Below, in pieces: positions 1-9,288 of a stretch of DNA of 64,000 nucleotides; within the stretch, counting starts at the first letter, position 1, and each line of letters begins with the position of its first letter. The notes beneath the pieces are model-generated. The model had not been told where the DNA came from. It did not search any database and saw only the letters and a list, made by a program, of their open reading frames with translations. Origin of the DNA: an uncultured Planctomycetia bacterium. Its GTDB lineage: Bacteria > Omnitrophota > Gorgyraeia > B26-G9. The stretch is taken from assembly GCA_964437495.1 (NCBI GenBank), contig CAYTGV010000011.1, positions 3,964-67,963 on the forward strand, given 5' to 3'. The translations under genes and the position numbers were made by a program.

Positions 1-571
1 ATATATCATCTACAACAATTATTCCATTATCTGCAAGTATTTCCTTTGTGATATTTAAATCCTGCAGGCAGCCTTTATAAGAATGATCCCCATCAACATG
101 AATCAGATCAAACCTCATATCTCCCACCAAGGTCTTAATATCTGTAATCTTCTGGCTGTCAGCATTAATTAGTTTAAACTTATCTGTTACTGATTTAATA
201 TTTCCAAATGCAATGCGCTCAGAGCCATTTTCATAGCTTTGATTATCAATGCCTATGGCAGCAATAAAAGTCTTTGCATCCTGAGCTCCTTTGACAAGAC
301 TTATCAAAGAATAACCGTACCTTACCCCTATCTCCAATATGTTTTTAGCTGCAAAATACCTGCCGTAAGAATAATAATAGTTATAATAGTCATCCATCCC
401 TGAGTTATTATAAGCCGTTAATCCGGTATCTCCTTCAATCAGATAATCCTTTATTTGAGGGAAGCTGTTTTCAATGAATTTACCATCTATTATATTTTTA
501 ATACAGTTATATCTCAGATTCATCAATTGAAGCTGTCCAAGACTACATAACTTTTTAAGCTTTTTTTTCAT
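1..571 (-). CDS. Class I SAM-dependent (O-)methyltransferase, partial; the C-terminus runs off the window start
   Basis: Manual translation of the minus strand from ATG at 569-571 is open to position 1 (MKKKLKKL...LEIGVRYGYS...DLIHVDGDHSYKG...IIVVDD). It has a LEIGxxxGYS motif I and a DxDxxxY motif typical of family-3 class I O-methyltransferases. It is absent from the ORF track only because it is partial. Confidence 0.6.
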   Translation of the reverse strand, partial: MKKKLKKLCSLGQLQLMNLRYNCIKNIIDGKFIENSFPQIKDYLIEGDTGLTAYNNSGMDDYYNYYYSYGRYFAAKNILEIGVRYGYSLISLVKGAQDAKTFIAAIGIDNQSYENGSERIAFGNIKSVTDKFKLINADSQKITDIKTLVGDMRFDLIHVDGDHSYKGCLQDLNITKEILADNGIIVVDDI

Positions 572-611
572 TAAAATTCCCTTTTTGGGTTCGAATCTTT
601 TTTTGTTAAAA

Positions 612-694
612 TGGGCGAGAAGGGATTCGAACCCTTACGACCGTTAAGCCAATGGATTTTAAGTCCATCGTGTATGCCATTCCACCACTCGCCC
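612..694 (-). tRNA. tRNA-Leu (anticodon UAA), with long variable arm
   Basis: The reverse complement reads GGGCGAGTGGTGGAATGGC...GGACTTAAAATCC...GGTTCGAATCCCTTCTCGCCCA. It has a 7-bp acceptor stem, a T-arm GGTTCGAATCC, an anticodon loop CTTAAAA and a long variable arm. CCA is not encoded. Confidence 0.85.
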
Positions 695-747
695 AAATTA
701 TCAAAATTTTATTATACCACAAAGCACCAGATCATTACTTAACTTTT

Positions 748-822
748 TTGGAGGCGGCGAGCGGATTCGAACCGCTGAATAGAGGTTTTGCAGACCTCTG
801 CCTTCCCACTTGGCTACGCCGC
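748..822 (-). tRNA. tRNA-Cys (anticodon GCA)
   Basis: The reverse complement reads GGCGGCGTAGCCAAGTGGGAAGGCAGAGGTCTGCAAAACCTC...GCGGTTCGAATCCGCTCGCCGCCTCCA. The anticodon loop is CTGCAAA, the discriminator is U, and CCA is encoded. Confidence 0.85.
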
Positions 823-914
823 CAAAACTTTATTAAAAATCAAGCACTTAAGAAGAAACAATTCCTAAGTGCTCAATTTAATGTAAAATTCAATTTAAAA
901 ATTCAAAGCTACTA

Positions 915-1373
915 TCAACCTCCCGGAATATATTCGACATGTCCATCTACAGAAAGCTTGTTTCGGCCCCCAGAATGAACAACTGTTGTATCCTCAACCA
1001 TAAAAGTACTTGAGACAGCTGTTATTGCCGGCTGAGTATATGTAAAATCTCCGCCAGAGGGGAGTCCGCCTAAATCACCTACTTGAGTACCTGTACTTGG
1101 ACAGATAAAAACTTTCAGATTGTCAATATAACTATCTTCCAGATTATCCTCATCATAAAGAATATCCAAATCAACAGGATAAGCATCATTATAATCAAGC
1201 CTGTATAATGCGATCGCTAGACCTATTTGCTTTAAGTTGTTCATACAGCTAGTTCTACGGCCCTGTTCCCTGGCCTTTCCCAATGCAGGCAGAAGAAATC
1301 CCGCTAAGATAACAATTATTGCAATTACTACAAGTAATTCAACAAGGGTAAAACCCTTTCTTTTTCTCAACAC
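915..1373 (-). CDS. Prepilin-type N-terminal cleavage/methylation domain protein with a C-terminal H-X9-DG motif (DUF1559-like pseudopilin)
   Basis: The N-terminus [26 protein letters not shown] is a class III signal/pilin-like helix. The C-terminus [16 protein letters not shown] fits H-X9-DG. Confidence 0.8.
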   Translation of the reverse strand: MLRKRKGFTLVELLVVIAIIVILAGFLLPALGKAREQGRRTSCMNNLKQIGLAIALYRLDYNDAYPVDLDILYDEDNLEDSYIDNLKVFICPSTGTQVGDLGGLPSGGDFTYTQPAITAVSSTFMVEDTTVVHSGGRNKLSVDGHVEYIPGG

Positions 1374-1376
1374 AAC

Positions 1377-2054
1377 TTACCTCCTTTTTTTGGGTTGCTT
1401 TAAAATATAACATAACTTATCCGCCCTGTCAAGAATAATTCTAGCCAGCCTTTCCTTACTGGTTTTAGCATGCTTTTGAACACCTTCCCTGTCAATCAAA
1501 AATGCCGTAACTTGTCTTTTACCAAAAGGAAGACTCTTTTTCGAATGCATATTTGCCACAATCAGGTCAAGATTCTTGCTTTTGAGCTTTTTAAGGCCGT
1601 TTTCAATCAGATTTTCTGTTTCCAGTGCAAAGCCAATAAGCACCTTATTTTTCTTTTTCCTACCCAACCCCTTCAAGATATCCGGATTTCTCACAAGCTT
1701 TATTTCCGGCACTCCTTTTTCCTTTTTAATCTTTCGATTAATTACCTTGGCAGGACGAAAATCAGCTACAGCCGCAGTACATATAATTATGTCAGCCCAG
1801 TCAAAGAATCTATCCGAGCAGTTCTTAAGCTCTCGAGCGCTGTTAAAACTAACTGTCTTTACCCCTGGGGGAGGTTTCAAATGAGTTGGCCCAGAAAGCA
1901 GTACCACATCATTACCGCGTCTTTTTGCACTCTGGGCAAGAAGATAGCCAATAGTACCTGTTGAAGAATTGGAAATAAAACGGATCGGATCAATAAATTC
2001 TCGGGTAGGTCCAGCTGTAATAAGAATATTGTGTTTTATCTGCCTTTTTTTCAT
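1377..2054 (-). CDS. coaB: Phosphopantothenate-cysteine ligase (CoaB domain), encoded separately from CoaC
   Basis: NILITAGPTREFIDPIRFISNSSTGTIGYLLA is a CoaB signature. Its ATG overlaps the TGA of the upstream coaC (ATGA). Confidence 0.8.
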   Translation of the reverse strand: MKKRQIKHNILITAGPTREFIDPIRFISNSSTGTIGYLLAQSAKRRGNDVVLLSGPTHLKPPPGVKTVSFNSARELKNCSDRFFDWADIIICTAAVADFRPAKVINRKIKKEKGVPEIKLVRNPDILKGLGRKKKNKVLIGFALETENLIENGLKKLKSKNLDLIVANMHSKKSLPFGKRQVTAFLIDREGVQKHAKTSKERLARIILDRADKLCYILKQPKKRR

Positions 2055-2593
2055 TTAAGCAATTCTTCGATTTTCTTGGCAATAGTCTCTACTTCAGCTA
2101 AATGTCCAACACCTTCTCTTCCGCAGGCAAGATCCCCTTTAATCGGCTCAACAATCTTATAGCCAAAACTCTTAAGCCTTAACAGATTGTCCTTTACTGT
2201 CGGATGAGCGTACATATTATCATTCATCGCTGGAGCAATGACCACCTTAGCTTTTGTGGCGGTAATCACACAACTTATTATATCATCGCAAAGACCATGA
2301 GCAAGTTTAGCTATAAAATTAGCTGTTGCCGGAACAACTGCGATCAGATCCAGACTATCAGCTAGGGCAATATGCTCAGGCTCCCACGACATTTCATCTG
2401 AGAACATCTCCATGGAAACCGGCCTTGCGGTCAATGTCCGGAAAGTAAGCGGCGTTACGAATTTTCCCGCATTGCTCGTCAACGCAGCTCTAAGGCCATA
2501 ACCTTTTTTTCTTAAAACCCTGATAAGCTCACAAGCCTTATAGGCGCTAATACCTCCTGTAACTCCTATAAGTATCTCTTTGTTTTTTTTCAT
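2051..2593 (-). CDS. coaC: Phosphopantothenoylcysteine decarboxylase (CoaC flavoprotein)
   Basis: ILIGVTGGISAYKACELIRVLRKKGY is an FMN-binding HFCD-family motif, and PAMNDNMY is also present. Confidence 0.8.
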   Translation of the reverse strand: MKKNKEILIGVTGGISAYKACELIRVLRKKGYGLRAALTSNAGKFVTPLTFRTLTARPVSMEMFSDEMSWEPEHIALADSLDLIAVVPATANFIAKLAHGLCDDIISCVITATKAKVVIAPAMNDNMYAHPTVKDNLLRLKSFGYKIVEPIKGDLACGREGVGHLAEVETIAKKIEELLK

Positions 2594-2598
2594 GCCTT

Positions 2599-2793
2599 TT
2601 ATTCTTCTATGCTAAATTCTATCTTGCCTTCTGAAATTTCTTCCAGAGCTATTGTAGAAAGTTTTTTGTTTACTGGATCAACCTTAGCTTTATAGCCTTC
2701 AGTCAGTTCCGCAGTTCTCTGTGAAGCCAGTATTACCAGTTTAAAGATACTTCCGGTCTGTTTTACAAGATCCTCTATCGGTATTTCAGTCAT
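2599..2793 (-). CDS. rpoZ: DNA-directed RNA polymerase subunit omega
   Basis: A 64-aa protein with the conserved KLVILASQRTAEL core, sitting in the gmk-rpoZ synteny. Confidence 0.8.
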   Translation of the reverse strand: MTEIPIEDLVKQTGSIFKLVILASQRTAELTEGYKAKVDPVNKKLSTIALEEISEGKIEFSIEE

Positions 2794-2805
2794 CAGATTC
2801 TCCTT

Positions 2806-3387
2806 CTAGGTTTTGCCTCGTTTGCATCTTGAAGCAATAAATATTGCCTTCAATTCTTCAAATGCTGTTTTCATATCATCATTAATCACTTCATAATCAT
2901 AATATTTCAGAAACGTCAGTTCTTTTTTTGCGATTTTTAACCTATTATTTATCGCCTTGACACTATCCGTTTTTCTTTTCTGAAGCCGCTTACGCAGATC
3001 TTTAATTGACGGAGGCACGATGAAAATAAAAATACATGCCCTCTTTATGTTCTTTCTAATCTGCATTGCCCCCTGGACATCAATAGTGAGCACTACATCC
3101 TTATTTTTATTTAAATTAATCTCTACAAATTTTCTGGGAGTTCCATAATACTCATCAAAAACTTTTGCATATTCAATAAACTCATTAGCTTTTATTCTCT
3201 CTTTGAATTCTTCTACTGTTACAAAAAAATAATCAACACCTTCCTTTTCACCTGGCCTCTTTTGGCGTGTTGTCATAGACACAGACCTCACTACTCCCCG
3301 AACACGCTTTATAATCTTTTCACAAAGAGTAGTTTTGCCTGCACCAGACGGAGCTGAAACAACAAATAATCTGCCTTTCTTATTCAT
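2806..3387 (-). CDS. gmk: Guanylate kinase
   Basis: GRLFVVSAPSGAGKTTL is a P-loop, and the length is typical of Gmk (193 aa). Confidence 0.9.
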   Translation of the reverse strand: MNKKGRLFVVSAPSGAGKTTLCEKIIKRVRGVVRSVSMTTRQKRPGEKEGVDYFFVTVEEFKERIKANEFIEYAKVFDEYYGTPRKFVEINLNKNKDVVLTIDVQGAMQIRKNIKRACIFIFIVPPSIKDLRKRLQKRKTDSVKAINNRLKIAKKELTFLKYYDYEVINDDMKTAFEELKAIFIASRCKRGKT

Positions 3388-3634
3388 TCCTGTCTTCTAT
3401 CCTTTGTGTTACAGTTTCAGGCTGAATACTTGAAAGAATAACATGATTGCTATCAGTAATAATTACCGCACGCGTGCTACGGCCGTTAGTAACATCAATA
3501 AGCTTGTTTTGACGTCTAGCCTCTTCTTTAAGCCTCTTAACCGGAGCAACATCAGCATTAACTACGGCGATGATACGTTTAAGTACAACAACATTATTAA
3601 AACCTACATTTACAAGATATCTATTACTCAGCAT
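3380..3634 (-). CDS. DUF370 / RemA-like small regulator
   Basis: An 84-aa protein between the yicC-family gene and gmk, as in the Bacillus yloC-remA-gmk-rpoZ cluster, with an NRYLVNVGFNN-type motif. Confidence 0.6.
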   Translation of the reverse strand: MLSNRYLVNVGFNNVVVLKRIIAVVNADVAPVKRLKEEARRQNKLIDVTNGRSTRAVIITDSNHVILSSIQPETVTQRIEDRNE

Positions 3635-4512
3635 TATTCTATGTTTTGCACCTGTTCTCTTATCTTTTCAACTTCACCTTTAACAAAAATCACTTCTTTA
3701 GAAATCTGAAAATCCGATGATTTTGCTCCCACGGTATTTATTTCTCTATGCAGCTCCTGCGCAATAAAATCAAGCATCTTCCCAACTTCATTTGAACTTT
3801 TTAATGTGCCTTTAAAGTTAACAAGATGCGCCGATATTCGAGTCAGCTCTTCGGAAATATCACAGTTTCTGGCAAAAAGAGCAACCTCTGAATCTATCCG
3901 TTCACGTCGCATTCCGTTCTTATCTTTATTCAGTCTGACTTTTCTTTTAAGCTTTTGCTTATATCGGTTTATTTCCCTAGGAAGAAAACCCTTAATTTTA
4001 ACTACAGATTTGCCGATATTCTTAAGGCGAAGCAATAGATCCCGACAAAGAGCATTCCCCTCATTTTGTCTCATTTTAACAAGGTTACTAAGTGCTTTAT
4101 TAAGAGCACTTAGCGTTGAACGTAATAAGACCTTTTTGTTTTCCTTTTTTGGTTCACTGATAATTACATCAGGAAAAGACATAAGCTGATTCAGGGTTAT
4201 ATCATCTTTGAGATTGAATTTCTTCTTTGCACTTTTTAAAAGAGCATAGTAGCGTTTTAATTTCTTTTCGTCGAGTTTAATATCCAGCGACTTGTCATAA
4301 GTCGTCTCAAAATTAACCCAAAGGTATAATTTCCCTCGCTTAATTTTCTTCCTTATTTCCTTCTTTATCTGCTCCTCTATAGGCTGCAGATTCTGAGGCA
4401 GTTTCAAGCTAAGCTCAGAAAACTTATGATTAAATGTTTTCAGCTCAACACTTATACGCGCGTCTTTAAAGTTGACCACGCCTTTACCAAAACCAGTCAT
4501 GCTTTTGATCAT
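3634..4512 (-). CDS. yicC: YicC/YloC family stress-induced protein (endoribonuclease-like)
   Basis: The N-terminus MIKSMTGFGKG and the ~290-aa length match the YicC family, and the synteny fits. Confidence 0.8.
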   Translation of the reverse strand: MIKSMTGFGKGVVNFKDARISVELKTFNHKFSELSLKLPQNLQPIEEQIKKEIRKKIKRGKLYLWVNFETTYDKSLDIKLDEKKLKRYYALLKSAKKKFNLKDDITLNQLMSFPDVIISEPKKENKKVLLRSTLSALNKALSNLVKMRQNEGNALCRDLLLRLKNIGKSVVKIKGFLPREINRYKQKLKRKVRLNKDKNGMRRERIDSEVALFARNCDISEELTRISAHLVNFKGTLKSSNEVGKMLDFIAQELHREINTVGAKSSDFQISKEVIFVKGEVEKIREQVQNIE

Positions 4513-4755
4513 TCATTCTCCTCTTAAGTTAAACATTAAGTTTACTGTAATTAACTGAAAATGTCAATATCTGGGCAAAAGCTTTATTTATATCAGCTTT
4601 ATCAAAAACAGTAAAAGTCCTCTGAATAAATATTTAAAATATATTCAAAACTCTTTTAAGAACCACTAAATTTAAATAGAGCACTTTCTAACTCCCCGCA
4701 CCCATAGCAATAATTGCCCTTGAAATAAATAAATTTTTTTATTTTTCCAAGTGAT

Positions 4756-5928
4756 TTACTTTTTTTCCGCTGGAATCAAAAAAACCAGAGGCAATCCCAG
4801 AAAAGAACACATCCCGGAAATAAAGAAGGCCTTTTCCAAACCAAATACATCGGAAATATACCCAAAAAACAACACAATAACAGAGCCAAAAAGAAAATTT
4901 ATGGTCATATATATCCCATTAGCAACCGAGGGATATTTAAAATTATTTTCCTGAATCAATGCCAATACAACAGGAGTACTGGAAAAAGAAACCAAACCTA
5001 ATAATATCACTACAGGAATAAGTGCGGATTTAATTCCCAGCAAAAAAAGTATCATGACCAAGGGAGAGCAGAAACTGATAATAAGCAGCAGCCGCCTTCT
5101 TCCGATTATGTCTGATATTACTCCGGTGATCAACACACCTATTATTGCCGCGGCCTGTAATATAGAAAGCGCCCCACCCGCCATCCACAAACTATATCCC
5201 TTAGAAGTCAAATATGTAGGTAAAAAGGCAGCTATTACTGATGCGGTAAATGATTTAATCAAAATAATTCCCACAAGAGCACTAATCAGAAATTTACCTT
5301 GACTAAGCGTTTTTGCGATTGTTTTTTTGAAATTATATTTTTTCGAACTATGACTGGGGATATTTTCATCTTTTAGCTTTAGTAATAAAATTATCGATAC
5401 TATTATACCCAAAGGCATCAATCTGTATATCCCCTCAAAACCCCAAAAACTTATTGCACCAACAACAATAATCGGCCCTATCGTTCTTGAGATCTCCCCG
5501 CCAATCTGAAAACAACTCATGCTCAAGCCAAGTTTTTGATCAGAAATTCTCTTAAGGATAACCGGTGCCGGTACATGAAAAAAAGAAGAACTCAATCCGG
5601 CAACAAGCAGCAAGATTGCAAGGCTTAAATAATTAGGGGCTTTTCCAATAAGTGACATCGCAATCGCGGTAATTGCCGGAGCTAGAGCAACAAAATACTT
5701 TAGCCCCCACACATCGGCAACATGGCCGATAAACGGATTAAATATGCTGGGTATCCGCAAAAGCACTCGAAGAAAAGCCGCAAAAGTATAAGTCAATGCG
5801 AACTTTTCAATTAAAAGAGGCAGAACCGGGGAAAGAAAACTAGTATAAATATCATGGATCAAATGCCCAAATGAAAGCAAATAGACCTTTATTTTTTTTG
5901 GTGTAAATAATTCAGTCAAATTCCTCAT
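4756..5928 (-). CDS. MFS transporter
   Basis: A 390-aa protein with roughly 12 predicted TM segments and an MFS-like GRRRLLL loop motif. Confidence 0.7.
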   Translation of the reverse strand: MRNLTELFTPKKIKVYLLSFGHLIHDIYTSFLSPVLPLLIEKFALTYTFAAFLRVLLRIPSIFNPFIGHVADVWGLKYFVALAPAITAIAMSLIGKAPNYLSLAILLLVAGLSSSFFHVPAPVILKRISDQKLGLSMSCFQIGGEISRTIGPIIVVGAISFWGFEGIYRLMPLGIIVSIILLLKLKDENIPSHSSKKYNFKKTIAKTLSQGKFLISALVGIILIKSFTASVIAAFLPTYLTSKGYSLWMAGGALSILQAAAIIGVLITGVISDIIGRRRLLLIISFCSPLVMILFLLGIKSALIPVVILLGLVSFSSTPVVLALIQENNFKYPSVANGIYMTINFLFGSVIVLFFGYISDVFGLEKAFFISGMCSFLGLPLVFLIPAEKK

Positions 5929-6062
5929 CTAAATTCATAACCTTTTTGAAATTGTTTTAAGCCTCAAGGGTTGAAATATAAAAATACCGTACTTTCAATA
6001 AATCCTTGGATTAAAGTATTGTGTTTTAAAAATTACTCTGTGACACAGGAAACGCTCTTTGA

Positions 6063-7055
6063 TTAATTGAAATTTTCCAATCTTTTCATAATCCCTTTTT
6101 CTTTTTCAATTATCATTCCCCTTCTAAAACTACTACTTGCCGCTGATTCCTTAATTTTTAATATCCGCCCAGAGTCTTTTACACTCATTCCTATTTTTTT
6201 CACTGCTAAATAAATAAAAACACTGCGAGCCTCTCTAACCTCCTTGGTCTTCATTTCTATCAAAGCTTCTTGCTCAACTTTATATATCTTGCTGATTTTG
6301 CGAAGCAATTCATTCGAATCCTTAAATTCTTTCGGCTCTAGTTCTTCTTGCTTACATCGTTCTAATATATCCGCTGCAAAATCCCCACTGCCTAAAATCC
6401 TTTCATCGCTAACTTGCAGATCTTCCTTGCGTATTTTCAATGCTTCTCCCCATCCTCCCACGCTTCGAATTAATCCACCGCCAAGTAAATGTTTATCTTC
6501 ATTACCTAAGCCTTCTTGTAAATATTCCTCATATGCTTTTAGCGCTGTTGATTTTTTTCTGCCGAAATATTCTAATACCTCTTTGCTATTGATCGCACTC
6601 TCTTCCTGCCTAGCCATAATTTCTCTATGCCCTGTCCACGCATATTCTTTTAGTTTTGATAAAGTAATAATATTAGCTTTCACAGGATTTAAATGTATAT
6701 ACCTGACCAGGGGTAAATAATATTCATCAGCTTCTATGACTATTGATTTATATCTATTTTGAAACAGGTATCCACTGCGCTTATTTCGTTTATTATAATT
6801 TATCGCATATCCGGTGAGTAATTTCCGCATAAAAACAGAAAGACTGGTCTGGCCAGTTTGGTAAAGCAAATGAAAATGATTATCCATAATACACCAAGCA
6901 TGGATTTGCAACCTTGATTCTTTTTGGATATCTTTCAGGCGAGATAAAAAATCCTGTTTATCTGTTTCTTTATGAAATATTTTCAGGCCTTCTATCCCCC
7001 GGCCCATTACATGATGATAACATCCCGGATAATCTAATCGTGCTTGTCTTGGCAT
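6063..7055 (-). CDS. IS200/IS605-like HUH transposase (RAYT/TnpA-like N-terminal domain) with a long C-terminal extension
   Basis: YHHVMGRGI and NHFHLLYQT (an HUH motif) with a downstream catalytic Tyr region (YIHLNPVKA). The 330-aa length suggests a fused C-terminal helix-turn-helix-type domain. Confidence 0.65.
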   Translation of the reverse strand: MPRQARLDYPGCYHHVMGRGIEGLKIFHKETDKQDFLSRLKDIQKESRLQIHAWCIMDNHFHLLYQTGQTSLSVFMRKLLTGYAINYNKRNKRSGYLFQNRYKSIVIEADEYYLPLVRYIHLNPVKANIITLSKLKEYAWTGHREIMARQEESAINSKEVLEYFGRKKSTALKAYEEYLQEGLGNEDKHLLGGGLIRSVGGWGEALKIRKEDLQVSDERILGSGDFAADILERCKQEELEPKEFKDSNELLRKISKIYKVEQEALIEMKTKEVREARSVFIYLAVKKIGMSVKDSGRILKIKESAASSSFRRGMIIEKEKGIMKRLENFN

Positions 7056-7094
7056 GTTTTATTTTTATCACACATTGCTTCCTTTGTCAACTTT

Positions 7095-7230
7095 TCAATT
7101 AATCAAACAACGTCCCCTTCAGCTCCTTTTTAATCAAACAACGTCCCCTTCAGCTCCTTTTGGTATTGTGTCCCCTTATTTCACACCACTACTTCCTCAA
7201 TTAATCAAACAACCTCCCTTTTAGTCTTAC
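7095..7230. repeat. Tandem direct repeats (AATCAAACAACGTCCCCTTCAGCTCCTTTT, two full copies and one divergent) immediately upstream of the transposase start
   Basis: Direct reading: ...aattaatcaaacaacgtccccttcagctccttttt aatcaaacaacgtccccttcagctccttttgg ... aattaatcaaacaacctcccttttag. Confidence 0.7.
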
Positions 7231-7376
7231 TTTTTAAAAGTCCTTTTGCCCTCTGGCCTTCAACAAACAAATGAAAACATAGCTAAAAACCACAACAAAA
7301 AAAATACTGTTAAGACACGCAAAAACAGGAATGCCTTTTTCTCCAAAAATACTTGCCAAGTTAATGAAATAAAAAA

Positions 7377-7640
7377 TTATAATAAAAAAACAGTTCCCAA
7401 AGCATTTTTTAGCTTTGCATTTACTTTATTGGTTTTCAATAAAACTAATAAAAATACATACAAACTAAATTCGACACCTCTTTTAAAAATCAGAATTTCA
7501 AAGTTAACATCTGTGGGTAAAAATATTTCACCGACAATATATTTCATGGAAATAAGCATTATACATAATGGGATTATAACCTGCACCAACCTTATTACAA
7601 ACAAAAACTTAACAATAGTCACTACACGTTTAACAATCAT
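7377..7640 (-). CDS. Small membrane protein; candidate immunity protein for the orphan RHS toxin tip
   Basis: An 87-aa hydrophobic protein with the RBS AAGGAGAG upstream, lying directly downstream of the orphan RHS C-terminal module. Confidence 0.4.
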   Translation of the reverse strand: MIVKRVVTIVKFLFVIRLVQVIIPLCIMLISMKYIVGEIFLPTDVNFEILIFKRGVEFSLYVFLLVLLKTNKVNAKLKNALGTVFLL

Positions 7641-7715
7641 GTTCTCTCCTTGGCTCTATTTCATTTAAAATCAATTACAAATCGATTACTACTCAATTTC
7701 CTGTTCTACTAATGG

Positions 7716-8459
7716 TTAAAATGCCACTGCTGCACCTAGGCAATGTTTGGCTACTTTTGCTTTTGGTTGACAATAATTCATACATCTGTCTCTCCACATT
7801 TGAAATTGAGTAAAATAATTCTCATTATACTGTCCATTCTTATTACATTTACGTGGCTCAGGTATTTCATGACAACATGAATTCCAAGCAGAAACAGCTT
7901 TAAAACATTTGTAAATAGCAAAACCAGATATTGCTAATCCCGCATAAACAATTAGGCCAACCCCTGAAATTTCTCCTTTAGGGTCACTTTTATTAACCGG
8001 ATTCCCCTCGACATACCCATAAAGATTAATCCCCCCAGCTACACCAATCGGATCCCGACTAATAAACCTCCCAACATCCGCATCATACCACCTAGCCCTA
8101 TAGTAATACAGGTTTGTATCACTATCTAACCAGCGCCCGGTGAACAGTATCTCATTTTCCAAAGAGCCTGTGCTGCTTTTTATTTTACCATAGACATCAT
8201 ATCCATACGTAGCTATTTTATTCCTAAAGCCGTCCGTTACCGCAACCACGCTTTGCAGGGCGTCCTGATGATAGTAATACGCTGATGAATAATCATCAAT
8301 AGCACATAATACCTCATCAATCTGCGGACCGTATATGATTTCCTTTATAAAGCCGTTTGACCCGTCATATTCAGCTATGCAATGGATACCATCGTAGATG
8401 TAGTATCGAGTATTGGGTATTGCGGATTGCGAGGCTAGATTCTTTTTAAAGCCCAGCAT
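7716..8459 (-). CDS. Orphan RHS C-terminal module (RHS core end DPxGL plus an alternative toxin tip)
   Basis: Residues 1-165 are nearly identical to the core region of the 9289..10584 ORF (YDGIHCIAEY...RARWY...DPIG...NLYGYV..NPVNKSDPKG), then the sequence diverges into a Cys-containing tip. Nucleotides 8163-8440 are near-identical to 9780-10057. Confidence 0.8.
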   Translation of the reverse strand: MLGFKKNLASQSAIPNTRYYIYDGIHCIAEYDGSNGFIKEIIYGPQIDEVLCAIDDYSSAYYYHQDALQSVVAVTDGFRNKIATYGYDVYGKIKSSTGSLENEILFTGRWLDSDTNLYYYRARWYDADVGRFISRDPIGVAGGINLYGYVEGNPVNKSDPKGEISGVGLIVYAGLAISGFAIYKCFKAVSAWNSCCHEIPEPRKCNKNGQYNENYFTQFQMWRDRCMNYCQPKAKVAKHCLGAAVAF

Positions 8460-8563
8460 GCCGTCTTCATAATAAGTGTATTCTATATTCTTGCCCAGGC
8501 TTGAGCCTGCTTTTATTAATCTGTTTTCAGAGTCCCAGGAATAATTCCAGGTGGTACCTTTTA

Positions 8564-8610
8564 AATTAAATAACCCAATTCTGACCCACGCGGTCAGAAT
8601 TGGGTTTTAT
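8564..8610 (-). terminator. Rho-independent terminator downstream of the 8698..9279 gene
   Basis: A perfect 13-bp stem cccaattctgacc/ggtcagaattggg, followed on the minus strand by a T-rich tract (tatttaattt). Confidence 0.6.
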
Positions 8611-8697
8611 GTAATCACTATGTGCTAGCCTTATTTTCTCTCTGTCAACTGTTTTCTGATTTTCTAGGCCTGACCACTTATTTCTCCCTAGTTTTCC

Positions 8698-9279
8698 CTA
8701 CTTTTCTTTATTTAAAGTCATTCCAGTGTTTTTTGACTGCTGTAAAGCAAAAATTATTTCTTTTTTTATTTTCGTACTAATATCCGTTTTAAGAAAAAAT
8801 TCTAGCAAATCAATCTCCTCTTTGTTTAGCAATCTTTTCTTAGCTGTTTTTAACGTCCTTATAATCAAGAACTCTCTGTTCTTATAGTCAGTTCTGGTAT
8901 TAACTGTGTTTTCATGCAATACCTTGTTTGCTTTATACGAAGCATAAATTTGAAAAACAGGCACAAGTAAACTAACAACTAAAACAAAAACAAACAATCT
9001 CATTCTTTCTTTTGCATCTGTTTCTCGCAAAAGTTTTTCAGACGGAAGCTTAATTATATTAAAATATGCTACTTCTACTCCACATAAAAATACCCCCCAA
9101 GAAAGAGCAATCCCATCAATTTTTTTAACATAAAAAAGCAATATGAACATACCCCAAACACACATTAAATGTATTAGTAACCGAAATTTTGTAATATTTT
9201 TGCTTTTCACAGTTTTATTAGAGATATAAAACGAATATATTAATAACAAAAATATCATTAAGAACATTACCTCCTCCAT
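8698..9279 (-). CDS. Membrane protein (about 4 TM plus a soluble tail); candidate immunity protein for the primary RHS toxin
   Basis: It starts 10 nt downstream of the RHS stop and has no recognisable domain. Its position is the classic one for an immunity gene. Confidence 0.45.
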   Translation of the reverse strand: MEEVMFLMIFLLLIYSFYISNKTVKSKNITKFRLLIHLMCVWGMFILLFYVKKIDGIALSWGVFLCGVEVAYFNIIKLPSEKLLRETDAKERMRLFVFVLVVSLLVPVFQIYASYKANKVLHENTVNTRTDYKNREFLIIRTLKTAKKRLLNKEEIDLLEFFLKTDISTKIKKEIIFALQQSKNTGMTLNKEK

Positions 9280-9288
9280 TTCTTAAAA

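Noticed and set aside
1470-1964. Plus-strand ORFs antisense to coaB (1470..1964, 1576..1884), and similar antisense ORFs inside pyrD, the RHS gene, pyk and others
   Set aside because: They lie entirely within confidently identified minus-strand genes, have low complexity and no motifs, and are typical antisense artefacts in AT-rich DNA.
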